Below, in pieces: positions 1-12,740 of a stretch of DNA of 42,361 nucleotides. Made by a program: the position numbers and the translations under genes. Each line of letters opens with the position of its first letter. Within the stretch, counting starts at the first letter, position 1. Source of the stretch: Octopus bimaculoides. Taxonomy: Eukaryota. The DNA is taken from the NCBI RefSeq assembly GCF_001194135.2, contig NC_068988.1:84955983-84998343 (forward strand). The letters are read 5' to 3'. The notes beneath the pieces were generated by a model, which did not search any database, had not been told where the DNA came from, and worked only from the letters and a program-made list of their open reading frames with translations.

Positions 1-53
<53 letters not shown>

Positions 54-329
54 TATATACACACATATAGCTCAAACAAAGACATATATAAATGTATATT
101 ACATACACTTTGCACAGCTGTTCACTGGAGATTACAACAATTCTGGCACCTTTAATATTACTGAGAAACATAGATGTTACCAGAGAATGTCTCTCCTGCC
201 CACACACACTCTGCATTCTTTTGACCCACAACATTAGAAGCTTCTTCTTGTGATCCATGTGACCACCTCACCAAACCAGCGATAGCTGCAATCAGCCGAT
301 AAATATTTTGTTTTATTCTTATCTTATCT

Positions 330-933
330 TTAATTTTTTACTTGTTTCAGTCATTTCACTGTGGCCATGCTGGGCGCACTGCATCGAAGGGTTTTAGTTG
401 AAAGAATATGCTCCCTCTACTTATGTTTTTTAAGCCTGGTACTTATTCTATAGGTCTCTTATGTCAAACCACTAAGTAACGAAGACATAAACAAACCAAT
501 ATCAGTTGTCAAGTGGTGATGCTGGGGACAAACACAAACATAAAAACACACATACATATACGTGGCCTAGTGGTTAGGGTGTTGTACTTATGATCACTAG
601 AACATGGGTTCAATTCCGGAACGGGGTAAAACATTGTGTTCGTATTCTGTCAGTCGCTTCTGCAAACTATTAAGTAATGAGGACGTATAGTTGTCAAAAA
701 GTGGTGGAGGACAGACACAAACACACAGAATACACACCCATACACACATACGTGCGTGCGCACACACACACAGACACTTCTTTCAGTTTCTGTCTACCAA
801 ATCCACTCACAGGGCTCTGGTCAGCCCAAGGCTATTGTAGAAGACACTTGCCCAAGGTGCAATGCAGTGGAACTGAATCCAGAACCGTGTGGCTGGGAAA
901 CAAGCTTCTTACCACAGAGCCACACCTGCACCT
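330..933 (-). mobile_element. tRNA-derived SINE (second family) interrupted by a nested SINE head at about 561-640
   Basis: Collinear with 34529-34915 (GGTTCAGTTCC B-box, CCTTGGGCAAGTGTCTT core, GACTGAAACAAGTAAAA end). The nested head has TGGCCTAGTGG and GGTTCAATTCC. Confidence 0.8.
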
Positions 934-956
934 ATGTCTTAGTACATAGCTATGCC

Positions 957-1191
957 TCATCATCATCATCATCACCGTTTAACGTCCGCCTTCCATGCTA
1001 GCATGGGTTGGACGATTTGACTGAGGACTGGTGAAATCGGATGGCAACATCAGGCTCCAATCTAATTTGGCAGAGTTTCGACAGCTGGATGCCCTTCCTA
1101 ACGCCAACCACTCAGAGAGTGTAGTGGGTGCTTTTACGTGTCACCCGCACGAAAACGGCCACGCTCGAAATGGTGTCTTTTATGTGCCACC
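957..1191 (-). mobile_element. RTE-type 3' UTR copy with (GAT)n tail
   Basis: Contains CTGGATGCCCTTCCTAACGCCAACC and a (CAT)n tail; highly similar to the reverse complement of 2066-2370. Runs into a gap. Confidence 0.85.
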
Positions 1192-2065
1192 NNNNNNNNN
1201 NNNNNNNNNNNNNNNNNNNNNNNNNNNNNNNNNNNNNNNNNNNNNNNNNNNNNNNNNNNNNNNNNNNNNNNNNNNNNNNNNNNNNNNNNNNNNNNNNNNN
1301 NNNNNNNNNNNNNNNNNNNNNNNNNNNNNNNNNNNNNNNNNNNNNNNNNNNNNNNNNNNNNNNNNNNNNNNNNNNNNNNNNNNNNNNNNNNNNNNNNNNN
1401 NNNNNNNNNNNNNNNNNNNNNNNNNNNNNNNNNNNNNNNNNNNNNNNNNNNNNNNNNNNNNNNNNNNNNNNNNNNNNNNNNNNNNNNNNNNNNNNNNNNN
1501 NNNNNNNNNNNNNNNNNNNNNNNNNNNNNNNNNNNNNNNNNNNNNNNNNNNNNNNNNNNNNNNNNNNNNNNNNNNATATGCACTAGTAATGCACCCCAGT
1601 GGTGTTATGACCTACAGCTACACTGTATTATTTGTTCTTTTTTTTATAGGCAGAATCCGCATACGAGGACTATGAAGCAAACAACTCTTCTTTATAAGCA
1701 TGGTTTTTGGTCATTTTCTTATGAACAACGCTGCAGTTTCTGTCAACTAAATTCAATCACAAGTCTGTGGTTGCCCTAGAGCTATAGTAGAAAACACTTG
1801 CACATGGTGCCATGCAGAGGAACTGAACGTGGAACCATGTGGTTGGGAAGCAAACTTCTTAACCACACAGTCGTTCTTGCACCTAATGTGTGTGTGTATG
1901 TGTGTGTGTGTGTGATTACATTTGTTGTTAAATCAAGTATTGTATCCCACTATTTTTCAAAGTTAGCAGTTCATCAAGCAGATATCTATGAAATAAATGC
2001 CACATTGAAATACATACTGAGGTCAGTATGATCAATTCAATTTTTGAAGGTGGTGGCCTTCGTAG

Positions 2066-2370
2066 GATTTTCGAGCGAGATCGTTGCCAGTGCCCCTGGA
2101 CTGGCTTGTGTGGGTGGCACATAAAAGACACCATTTCGAGCGTGGCCGTTGCCAGTATCGCCTGACTGGCCTTCGTGCAGGTGACACGTAAAAGCACCTA
2201 CTACACTCTCTGAGTGGTTGGCGTTAGGAAGGGCATCCAGCTGTAGAAACTCTGCCAAATTTAGATTGGAGCCTGGTGTTGCCATCCGGTTTCACCAGTC
2301 CTCAGTCAAATCGTTCAACCCATGCTAGCATGGACAGCGGACGTTAAACGATGATGATGATGATGATGAT
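2066..2370 (+). mobile_element. RTE-type 3' UTR copy with (GAT)n tail
   Basis: Inverted near-copy of 957-1191; ends GGACGTTAAAC(GAT)n. Confidence 0.85.
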
Positions 2371-3457
2371 ACCCCATCATGGTGAGAGTCGAAAGTCTAA
2401 ACCAAGTAAAATAATGTTTAAAGACTTAATGGCTTTGAATTTAAGGTAATAGATTAATAACCACAAGATAACAAGTTCAAAACTTCGTATTGAACTTCCA
2501 CTCTATACGATAACACTATATGTACATCTCAGTTTACTTGACTACCAACAATTAACAATTATAATTTGAAGTTGAATTTGAAGTGGAGAAAAAGTTTTTT
2601 TTTTCACCACAGCAAAACACATACACACACAGAGTTGCTTCCCTTAGCTAAAGACCTCGAAATTGTGTGCCCCAACCTTGTTTTTGAGGTTATTTTTGTA
2701 GTAAAAAAGAATTTTTGTGCAAGTAACATTTTATTTGGTAACTGAAAGATTACTGAATCTTTTGATATCTCATATGTACAAATCCATAAGGAACATATGC
2801 ACACACATACACACAAACTCTGTTTTATTGTATAAGATATATATGAGACAAGGCATACATAATGGTCATTATATATTACTTTACTGTAGTAAATTTGACT
2901 TACAGCTGTTTCCAGTAGTCATTATAAGTTTGTAACTGATAGATTTACTTAATCAGCCCATTGATCAGTTGACAAAAATTGAATGACCAAGAAAATTAAT
3001 GCTATTTTTGTCAGTAGAACACTGAAAAAATGGTACAATTTAAAATGGTGATGGACCACAACCACAGACCATGATATATATATATATATANNNNNNNNNN
3101 NNNNNNNNNNNNNNNNNNNNNNNNNNNNNNNNNNNNNNNNNNNNNNNNNNNNNNNNNNNNNNNNNNNNNNNNNNNNNNNNNNNNNNNNNNNNNNNNNNNN
3201 NNNNNNNNNNNNNNNNNNNNNNNNNNNNNNNNNNNNNNNNNNNNNNNNNNNNNNNNNNNNNNNNNNNNNNNNNNNNNNNNNNNNNNNNNNNNNNNNNNNN
3301 NNNNNNNNNNNNNNNNNNNNNNNNNNNNNNNNNNNNNNNNNNNNNNNNNNNNNNNNNNNNNNNNNNNNNNNNNNNNNNNNNNNNNNNNNNNNNNNNNNNN
3401 NNNNNNNNNNNNNNNNNNNNNNNNNNNNNNNNNNNNNNNNNNNNNNNNNNNNNNNNN

Positions 3458-3494
<37 letters not shown>

Positions 3495-3940
3495 CATGTC
3501 TGAACATTGTGCTGAAAATACAGTGATAAGAACCGCTGCACCGGTACTCCTTTCCAAATGCAACTAAAAACGTTTGTACCAGGGACCATGTATGTATGGG
3601 AGTATTTATATATACATATGTGTATGTATGTATGTGTGGGTGGGTATATATATGTGTCTGTCCTCCTCATATATAGAGACAGTGACTTTTCATTCTTTTG
3701 GTATGCATGTACAGCCATCTATGTATGTACATCTGAACACACATATAGGTATTCATGTGTTTATGTTTTTGTATTCATGTATATCTGTATATGTTAATGT
3801 ATGCATGTATATATGAGTTTTTATGACTCTTTATATGTTTTTTTTATATATGCTTTTTGTATGTTTTATTATAGGCTTTTATATTTTTATATTTTTATAT
3901 TTGTATTTGAATTTTGCAAAATTCATGAATTGAATTTTTG

Positions 3941-4076
3941 AAATCTCTGAAGAGGACTAGTGAATCATGCATGTACCCCCATTGCATCCTTTTCATCTAC
4001 CAGTTACTCCAGCTTACTGGAGTTATATAGATAGAATGGAGCATGCCAACGCTAGGCCGAAACAGCTGTAAGATTT
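3941..4076 (+). ncRNA. Putative type-I hammerhead ribozyme with palindromic minimal stem III and long stem II
   Basis: Stem I AAATCT(3941-46)/AGATTT(4071-76); CTGAAGA 3947-53; stem II GGACTAG(3954-60)/CTAGGCC(4052-58); GAAA 4059-62; stem III C-AGCT-G; GTA cleavage triplet 4068-70. All core nucleotides are present. Confidence 0.75.
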
Positions 4077-4388
4077 TGTCCCTTTTTCGGTTGCTAGATG
4101 TCCTTTTAAATTTGAAATTTTAATTGTTGATATGACATAGTATGTCATATGTGTCTGTATATTGTCTTTATTGTCCTTTGGTTGTAAAATAAACGGATTA
4201 ATCAACAGAGTACAATGTCTGCAAGTTGATGAGTACCTCATATTCCCCTCCATTTTCTTATTGCTATATAAATTTTGGGTAAAACCCCCTTTTACCTGCA
4301 CCCACTTAATTGGGTACTCTCCCAGCAGTATATTGGATACATATTATCCCTTAGTGGGTTGGATTCTCAACCCCTAACTCTCTTGGAT

Positions 4389-4431
<43 letters not shown>

Positions 4432-4898
4432 CATATGATGGGCTTCTTTCAGTTCAGTTTCTGCTTAGCACATCCACTCTCAAGGCTTTGGTCAGTCTGA
4501 GGCTGTAGCAGAAGACACTTGCCTAAGGTGTCACACAGTGGGACTGAACCCAGAACCATGTAGTTAGGAAGCAAACTTCTTACCACACAACTGTGTCACT
4601 GCCTACTGAAGATTTTTTTTTATCACTCTTGGTTTTGGTCTTTCTCTCATATACTAGTGTTGGACAGAATGCCTTGTGATGTTTATTCTGATGCTCTGCA
4701 CTGTGAGTTCAAATCCCACTGAGTTCAACTTTGTCTTCCATCTTTTTGGGAGTTGATAAAAAGTAGGTACCAGTCCAAAGTGGTGGACTGGTGGAATTGT
4801 TAGAGCATCAGATGGGATGCTTTGTAATATTTGTTCTTGTATCTGGTATCTAAGTTCAAATACTACCTAGTCACTGATAAAGAGTGACATTTCTTAAC

Positions 4899-5209
4899 TA
4901 GCACTCCATTGGTTATGATGATGAGGGTTCCAGTTGATCCAATTAACAGAACAGCCTGCTTGTGAAATTAATGTGTAAGTGGCTGAGTACTCCACAGACA
5001 TGCATACCTTTAACATAGTTCTCAGAGAGATTCAGTGACGCAGGATGCGACAAGGCTGTCCCTTTGAATTATAGGTACTACTAATTTTTGCAGCTGAGTG
5101 GACTGGAGCAATGTGAAATAAAGTGTCTAGCTCAAGGATGCAATTTGCGACCAGGAATCAAACACATGACTTTATGATTGCGAGCCAAATACCCTAGTCA
5201 CTAGGCCAC
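4899..5209 (-). mobile_element. tRNA-derived SINE (third family)
   Basis: Head GTGGCCTAGTGACTAGGG, a CCTTGAGCTAGACACTT core, and a 3' part matching 27611-27866. Confidence 0.8.
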
Positions 5210-5788
5210 ACACCATCACTCTGACACTTCTTAGAAGGGTTGCGGCCAATTAACTTTGTAATATAAGCAATTTGAAAAACCAAGGAAACTGTTTCCATGA
5301 TTTCATTGAAAGATTGACTGTCAGCTCCACTACCACTGCCACCGCTGCCACAAACACCACCATCACCATCATATTCATGATGAAACATTTTCTGATTTTC
5401 TCTGCAGCTTAGCAGTCATTGCTTTGCTAATCCTTCCAAATCCAAAGCCAAAACAATGTCTACCATCATTTATTTAACCACACACCCATAAATTCCTACT
5501 TTGTACACTGCCACCTCTCACTCTCCCTCTCTTACTCTCTCACTCTCCCTCTTTACCAAAATGCTGTCACAAAACTCTTAACTCAACATAGTCAATTACT
5601 CCCATATTCAATTTTAAACCTACCAAAATCATCACTACTACCGACACTGTTAACCTGCCATCCCTGTCACCGTCAATGCCACACTACCACTGCATCCTTA
5701 TGATTTAGAGCTGTACATTGTACTTCACAAAGCTCTCTAAGACCCATATATTTTTACATACGTCTTTTTATGCAGGGGTTGTTGTGGG

Positions 5789-6023
5789 ATTTTCGAGCGG
5801 GATCGTTGCCAGTACCGCCTGACTGGCCTTCGTGCGGGTGACACGTAAAAGCACCCACTGCACTCTCTGAGTGGTTGGCGTTAGGAAGGGCATCCAGCTG
5901 TAGAAACACTGCCAAATCAGATTGGAGCCTGGTGTAGCCATCTGGTTTCACCAGTCCTCAGTCAGATCGTCCAACCCATGCTAGCATGGAAAGCGGACAT
6001 TAAACGACGACGACGACGACGAC
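5789..6023 (+). mobile_element. RTE-type 3' UTR copy with (GAC)n tail
   Basis: Same sequence family and same apparent 5' start (GGATTTTCGAGCG) as 2066-2370, but one internal unit shorter. Confidence 0.85.
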
Positions 6024-6560
6024 TTAATATTGCCTTCCTGAGCTAATAACTCTCCAATCAAAGACTTTGGGTTCTGTATGTGGTATTGTCTTGCAGTTCA
6101 CTATTATTAATAATGTACTCAGGGCTCACATGACCTCTTCAGACATGGTTCTCAGAGGATCAAGTCTGATCTGATGAAGTCTGATCTGCACCAGTGGATG
6201 GATGCCTTACATTTTATTGCACAAGGCATGGCTGTGTGATTAAAAAGCTTACTTTGCAGCCATATCATTTCGAGTTGAGTCCCACTGTGCAGCACTTTGG
6301 ATAAGTGTCCTGTACTATAACTTCCAGATCAACCAATGGCTTGTGAGTGGATTTGGTAGATGGAATATGTATGGATGTGTAGACACTTGTCATACATGAC
6401 CAGATAGGCTTTTCATAGAACATTAGAAATGAAAAACATTGGTTGTATGATGTTGACACTCGTTTACAAGTATCACATGATGTCAAGACAAACCGTTATT
6501 TAGAATACAAGTAACTGCTTCCAAATGTGAAGAGTGCCAATTTCTTTCCGTTGTCCACTT

Positions 6561-6564
<4 letters not shown>

Positions 6565-6615
<51 letters not shown>

Positions 6616-6625
6616 NNNNNNNNNN

Positions 6626-6698
<73 letters not shown>
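6565..6698. repeat. Compound (GA)n-(AT)n-(GA)n microsatellite
   Basis: Direct reading; contains a 10-N gap. Confidence 0.95.
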
Positions 6699-6700
<2 letters not shown>

Positions 6701-9449
6701 CATACATACATACATACACATATACATGTACACACATAAATACATGTATACATATTACAGATACATACACAGTAAATATACAACACATTCATATGAACCA
6801 AACCAAGCAACAACCAACTCAATCACACATACACACACATGTATACATACTCACAAACTGATACACAAACATATGCACACACACACAGATACATACGCAC
6901 ATATACACACAGGGACTCTGTTGTATAATTCATCCAAAGTGCACTTAAATGTCAAATACTTTTTAATGGTGAAGTATGTGAAGGATTTTCTGTTTTCTTG
7001 TCACTCAATGTTGACAGTAATAGATGCTTGAACCAATCCCCATACCTACCCCATCCCACCCCGCTCACATACAGAATACTGACCTCTCTTCTTTCAGACC
7101 AGCCACCTACCTAACTGAACCACCTTCTCCACCAGCAACGTTGTGCTAGCTAACACACATGCCATACCATGAATGTGTGCTTTTTACCTTTAAGTTAAAT
7201 AGATTACAACTGGTGAGATAAGTGATTGGAGTAGAAATAACAACAACAGTAACAACAATAATGGAGTCCAAAGAAACAAATGATGGTCTGTGTTGACCCC
7301 TCTACCCCCACTCCTCTGAACTAGGACATTGGATACTTTCCCAAGTCAGTCAATGAGCTGCTAAGTGACTTATTTGACCTGTTAGAAATAGCAGCATCAC
7401 TACCATCTTAAGGACAATTGTTGAAGAACCAGACTGGGATGCCTTGCAGTATTTGTTCTATGTTAGTGTTCCGAGTTCAAATCCTACTGTAGCCTACATG
7501 TGTAGAAGATTTAACTTGCCACCTAGTTTATCACCACAACGTAGCAACTTGGACACAAATATGGGACCCCACTCTGTCACAAATATTTCTGGCTTGAGGA
7601 TACTGACCTCTCACCTTTCTTCCCAGCAATCTCAAAGGTTCTATAATGGATCATAGGAATTGTTTTCTCTCTTGATTAAAAAATGAAAACAAAAAAGAAA
7701 ATAGATTTAAACATTGGTCACTGAATTTTTTTTTTGCCTCTCCTCATTGGTAATTGTCTCATACATCATGTTCACCTTGCTACACTTTCTCCATCATTCT
7801 TTACATTCACCCCTCAACCCCGGCCAATCTCAACAGGTGTTACCTACTTTTCCCTACCATCCATACTTATCCATTCAATACTTGTTCTTCACTCATCATA
7901 TTCATCCCCTCACCCACTTCCCATCTCTTACTCTCCCATACACCCTTGCAACATCTACCATCTACATTTCCCAGTTCTTCTCCCACCCCCCTCACTTTTA
8001 CTCACCTTGTACTCTGAGGGTCAACACAGACACTACATCACCACTATTTCATCTCTTCTCTATTCTACCTCAATCACCCCCACCTTTTCTTCTAAAATGT
8101 GAGTAGCCACATAGCCTCTCTATAGCAAGAAACCGGTTCTGCTCTGGCCGCTTCTCTAATACTTTGACCACTCACCTCCTAGTATAAAGCTGCCTCTCCT
8201 GGGGTTATTAGTTTCACAAACTTCATAGTGACTTCAGTAGTATTGATGGCATGCAAAAGAAGTACTGTACATGCTGTAAAGTGGATGGTATTAGAAAGGG
8301 CCTCCAGTCATAGAAACCAAGCCAAAGTAAACAAGTGGACCTGTTAGATTCTGTCATACCCTCCAGCACATGCTAGCCTGGAACATGGATGTTAAATGAC
8401 GTTGACGATGATGATGATGATGATGATGATGATGATAATAATGATAATGATGATGAGGGGGAGGAGGAGGAGTTGCCAGTATGGCTGTGTGGTTAAGAAA
8501 TTCACATCACAACCCTTTTGTTTCGGTTTCATTTCTATTGCATGGCATCTTGGGTGGGTCCTGCTATTGACTTGGCTTGATCAATGCCTTCTGAGTAAAA
8601 TGTAGTAGATAGAATTTCAAAACACAGGTTTCTAAATGGCTAATCACTAGTTCGCTACATTTGTAATATTTAGTGGGTACCGGTAACTTGTTACAGAGTA
8701 AATATCACAAAAGATTTCATCAAGTTTAAGTTTATTTTGTATCTCTTGCAGATGTGGTTTGGGGTTTGATTCCTCTACTTGCCACCTGTTGTTGACTAAT
8801 ATCTTGCATTTCAACAGGATCCGAAGGGTTGGAAGAACACGTTTTTCTCCAGTGTCTCAGTGGCCTTAGTTGTCACCCTGGCTGCCTCTATTAGTTAAAA
8901 CCCTCTACCCATAACACTGAGAAGAGGATTCTCAGACATAGTGAAAGTAACCCATCAAAGAAGTTGTGCATGCTGAACAAAACCAATAACGTTCAAAATG
9001 ATTTGGAGAAGATAGAAACTTTGCAAACTACAGCAAAGGATGCTATGATGTTTTTAGTATATCATTGCATCTAATGGTGGAGCCTTAAGCACTCAATGCT
9101 TTTTGGCTGGGACTGGTGTATTACACAAAGTATGACATATCAATCTTCAGCTTTTGTAAAGTAGTGGGGCCCCACAGACAATTCTCTAATTGGGTCCCCC
9201 ACTTTCTAATGCCAGCCCTGGCTGTAGAGACACTTTAATCTTACAAAACCCTCTCTAGTAGCATATAGCCTCTCTAATGGTATATAGCCTCTCTAATGGT
9301 ATACAGCCTTTCCATTTACACTGCATTTGTGGCTACATATACCTGACCAAGTGTAACTTCTAAATTGTCATCAAACAATTGGACCAACTCTCTTCATCTC
9401 AGATATAGAAAATGGACATCAAGGAAACCATCCACAGGAAACTCTCTCC

Positions 9450-10242
9450 TTTTAGTTAGGTACAAAAATTCAAAGTTGTCACCATCAACATTGGTATGAT
9501 AAAAGTTATGTCCAGAGAGATACGTGAGGTATTGCAACAGAGGCAAGTAGATGTATGCAGTATACAGGAGGTACGATAGAAGAGAACCTCAGTCAGACTC
9601 CTCATGGGCAAGGAACACAGGTACAAATTCTTTTGAGTATGTAACAACTGGAGTACATGGGGTAGACATACTGTTAACAGAGAAATTGATAGATGAAATA
9701 ATGAGGTTGTCAGAGTATGTAACAGTGTAATTAAGTTTAGACTTGTTATAGACAATATGATATCAACATTGCATTTCTGCATATGCACCACAGTCAGGAC
9801 TGACAAGCTGTCAAGGCAAGTTAAGCAACACCACAATGATTATTCCGATGTGTGAGAAGGGTACAAGTAAAGTACATGGGAATGAAGAAGAATCAAGACA
9901 AACTGTATGCAATACATACTCCAGAACTGCAACTAAGAAGAGCAGTTAGCAGCGAAAGTACCTAATCAATAAATTCATTCAAATGTTTGCAAGACTCTCT
10001 AGAAGTGGTTGATAGGTTTTGTTACCTAAGTGATCCAATCAGCTGTAGTGCAAGAGAAGATAGTATATTGGTATGGACATGAGATGGATATGAAAGATAG
10101 CTTTTGGGTAGAGAATTGCTTAGTGATCCAAGTGGAAGGAACCTGTAGTAAAAAGTCAGAGGAAAACATGGGAAGAAGTGGTGGAGGCTGATTTAAGGAA
10201 GCTGAAGTTCATGAAGGAGATGATGAAGGATCACAACACATG
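9450..10242 (+). mobile_element. Internally deleted RTE LINE remnant (APE domain joined to RT C-terminus)
   Basis: KVVTINIG...VDVCSIQEVR...SAYAPQSGL (APE) followed by WYGH...VEGTC...RKTWEEVVEADL. Confidence 0.85.
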
Positions 10243-10461
10243 NNNNNNNNNNNNNNNNNNNNNNNNNNNNNNNNNNNNNNNNNNNNNNNNNNNNNNNNNN
10301 NNNNNNNNNNNNNNNNNNNNNNNNNNNNNNNNNNNNNNNNNNNNNNNNNNNNNNNNNNNNNNNNNNNNNNNNNNNNNNNNNNNNNNNNNNNNNNNNNNNN
10401 NNNNNNNNNNNNNNNNNNNNNNNNNNNNNNNNNNNNNNNNNNNNNNNNNNNNNNNNNNNNN

Positions 10462-10790
10462 GGAGGAGGAGGAGGAGGAGGAAGAGGAGGAGAAGAAGAA
10501 GAAGAAGACGAAGAAGAAGACGAAGAAGAAGAAGACCAAGAAGAAGATGAAGAAGGAGAAGAAGAAGAAGAAGAAGGAGAAGAAGAAGAAGAAGAAGAAG
10601 AAGAAGAAGAAGAAGAAGAAGAAGAAGATAAAGACGAAGAAAAGGAAGAAGAAGACGAAGAAAATGAAGAAGAAGAAGAAGACGAAGAAGAAGAAGAAGA
10701 AGACGAAGAAAAGGAAGAAGAAGAAGAAGAAGAAGACGACGAAGATGAAGAAGAAGAAGAAGAAGAAGAAGAAGTAGAAGAAGAAGCTGT
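10462..10790. repeat. Purine-rich (GGA)/(GAA)/(GAC) trinucleotide microsatellite
   Basis: Direct reading; next to an assembly gap. Confidence 0.97.
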
Positions 10791-11743
10791 GAAGGGATCT
10801 TGAGTTTTAAATTTTACCATCTATTTATACAGTTTATGTTGAATTTACTGAACACAGTATAGTAATTAGAATTGTTATAACACCAAAGATTGGGTCTTTG
10901 GATTCCTTTAAGTCTACATTCCTGACAATAAGCTGTTAATTCTATGTCTAGCACCTTCTTTTAACTACAATTAGCTGCCTTATTTGTTGAATGCAAGTTT
11001 AAAAAAAAAAATCAAACCAGAATATGAAGAGAAATATCATTATTATTTTGCTGAATAAAGAAGGCAGTACCAGTTGACCTTTGAAGGACTCTCTCAGACT
11101 GGAATAAGATTGATATAGCTGGCAATGTAACCATCTCCCAGGGAACTCACATGCCAGCGAGTAAGTATTTAAGCAATTGCTCAACCTAGAGATAGTAGCT
11201 AAATCTCTGTCAAATCACACCCTATCATCTCTGATTATAGGGCAATGTAGATTAAGTAGGTTAATGTTAGCAGTGAGAGAGAGATATAGAAGATCTGGGA
11301 AGAAATAATTGAACAAAGTGCTTAGTGCATGTTTTGAGGGGTGAAATTCTCACAGCAGGGACGACAAGAGGATGATAAGTGGTGAGTCAGTAAGAAGGTG
11401 CATGAAGTGGTAGGAGAGGCAGGATACAATAAATATAATGTGGTTGTACTGTATTGATGTGTATCTTCTTTTGGATTGTTTAATTCTTCAACTTTTATTT
11501 TACTGTTTAGTCAGAGAAAGAAAGGCAGCCTCCATGATCTGTTTGCAGGGATGCCAAGACTGGTGGTAGAAAGAGTGAAAGACCTAGTCAAACACCTTCT
11601 CCTGGTACTTTGAAAGCTATGTAGAGTGGCTTACACTTAAGCTAAGTACTTCCTTTAAAAAAAAAAAATAACTTAAGTGGGATAGTTTACCAAAATGACT
11701 TAACAGAAATTGTTCAGCTATATCCAGCATATATGTATTTCTT

Positions 11744-11975
11744 ATTTCTTTATTGCCCATGAGGGGCTAAACATAGAGCAGACAAACAAGGACAGACAAA
11801 GGGATTAAGTCGATTACATCGACCCCAGTGTGTAACTGGTACTTATTTTATCGACCCCGAAAGGATGAAAGGCAAAGTCGACCTCGGCGGAATTTGAACT
11901 CAGAACGTAAAGACAGACGAAATACTGCTAAGCATTTCGCCCGGCGTGCTAACGCTTCTGCCAGCTCACCGCCTT
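11744..11975 (-). mobile_element. Young tRNA-derived SINE with 16-bp TSD
   Basis: A-box-like TGAGCTGGCAG and B-box GAGTTCAAATTCC; CpGs retained. Identical flanks CATATATGTATTTCTT at 11728-43 and 11976-91. Confidence 0.92.
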
Positions 11976-12103
11976 CATATATGTATTTCTTGTAAGCTTA
12001 CAAGGAAACAACGAGATTCTATGGATGCCTGTAGTTCAGGTTAAAAAAGAGGCAAAATATGCAAAATCGAAATAAATCAAAACAGAAACACAAAGCTACT
12101 TAC

Positions 12104-12322
12104 AATATATGGTGGGTAATGATGTTTATCCATCTTTCTATTGTATCGTCTTTGAAGCTGTTGGGCTTCAACAGCCCCTTTAATGTGAAGGGCACTGCCA
12201 TCAATATTGGCTTTATGTCTGTCAGCATCCCTCTGTTTTGACTTTGTCTTGCTGAGAGCATGCTTGATGTGTACAGCTTCGTTGTCCAGAAGAGGGGCAT
12301 CTGTATTCTTAGGTAGACGAAC
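12104..12322 (-). CDS. Hil: Next exon of the hillarin-like gene
   Basis: Long pyrimidine tract plus AG before 12322 and GTAAGT donor at 12103-12098. 219 bp, phase 0-0, compatible with the upstream exon across a 418-bp intron. Encodes VRLPKNTDAPLLDNEAVHIKHALSK...IDGSALHIKGAVEAQQLQRRYNRKMDKHHYPPYI, resembling the Hillarin DASALHIAHAL segment. Confidence 0.85.
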
Positions 12323-12740
12323 CTTGATACGCATGAAGAGAGAGAAAAAGAAAGGTAAACATTAATTGCAAGATAGAATGAGAGAAATACAGAGAAATCA
12401 CACAGGCATGGTTGTACTTAAGAAGTTTTCATCCAAACTACATCATTTGCATGATGGTAACCCTTGTTTACAACTATTATGTAATTGCAAGATACAAACA
12501 CACATATATGTATATGTGTGTGTGTGTATGTGTGCATGTGTAACAAGCTTCTTTCAGTTTCCAGGCAGTGTGACTGAACCTGAAACCAAGTAGTTGCCAA
12601 GCAAATTTCTTAACCACTGAGCTATGCCCCACATGAGTGCACACATACATGCACGCATGCACACCTCCACACACATGCAATTCCAGTTATAGACTTTTTT
12701 CCCAAGCAATAACACAATAACCAAAACTAGGATATATCAC

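Noticed and set aside
561-620. tRNA gene
   Set aside because: A- and B-box-like motifs are present but there is no cloverleaf; it is a SINE head.
1020-1040. CTGAGGA-CTGGT-GAAA in the RTE-tail repeats resembles a hammerhead core
   Set aside because: No closing G-C pair for stem II, no stem III/NUH and no stem I.
2899-2912. 14-mer GAAACAGCTGTAAG (minus strand) identical to the 3' core of the 3941-4076 hammerhead
   Set aside because: No CUGANGA or stem I partner upstream and no flanking similarity; at most a remnant, possibly chance.
5194-5388. Minus-strand 64-aa ORF as a further host exon
   Set aside because: Low-complexity start, overlaps a SINE head, and has no family similarity or clear splice sites.
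10178-10820. Long poly-K, poly-E and poly-S ORFs
   Set aside because: Translations of the (GAA)n microsatellite and an N gap; no splice or homology support.
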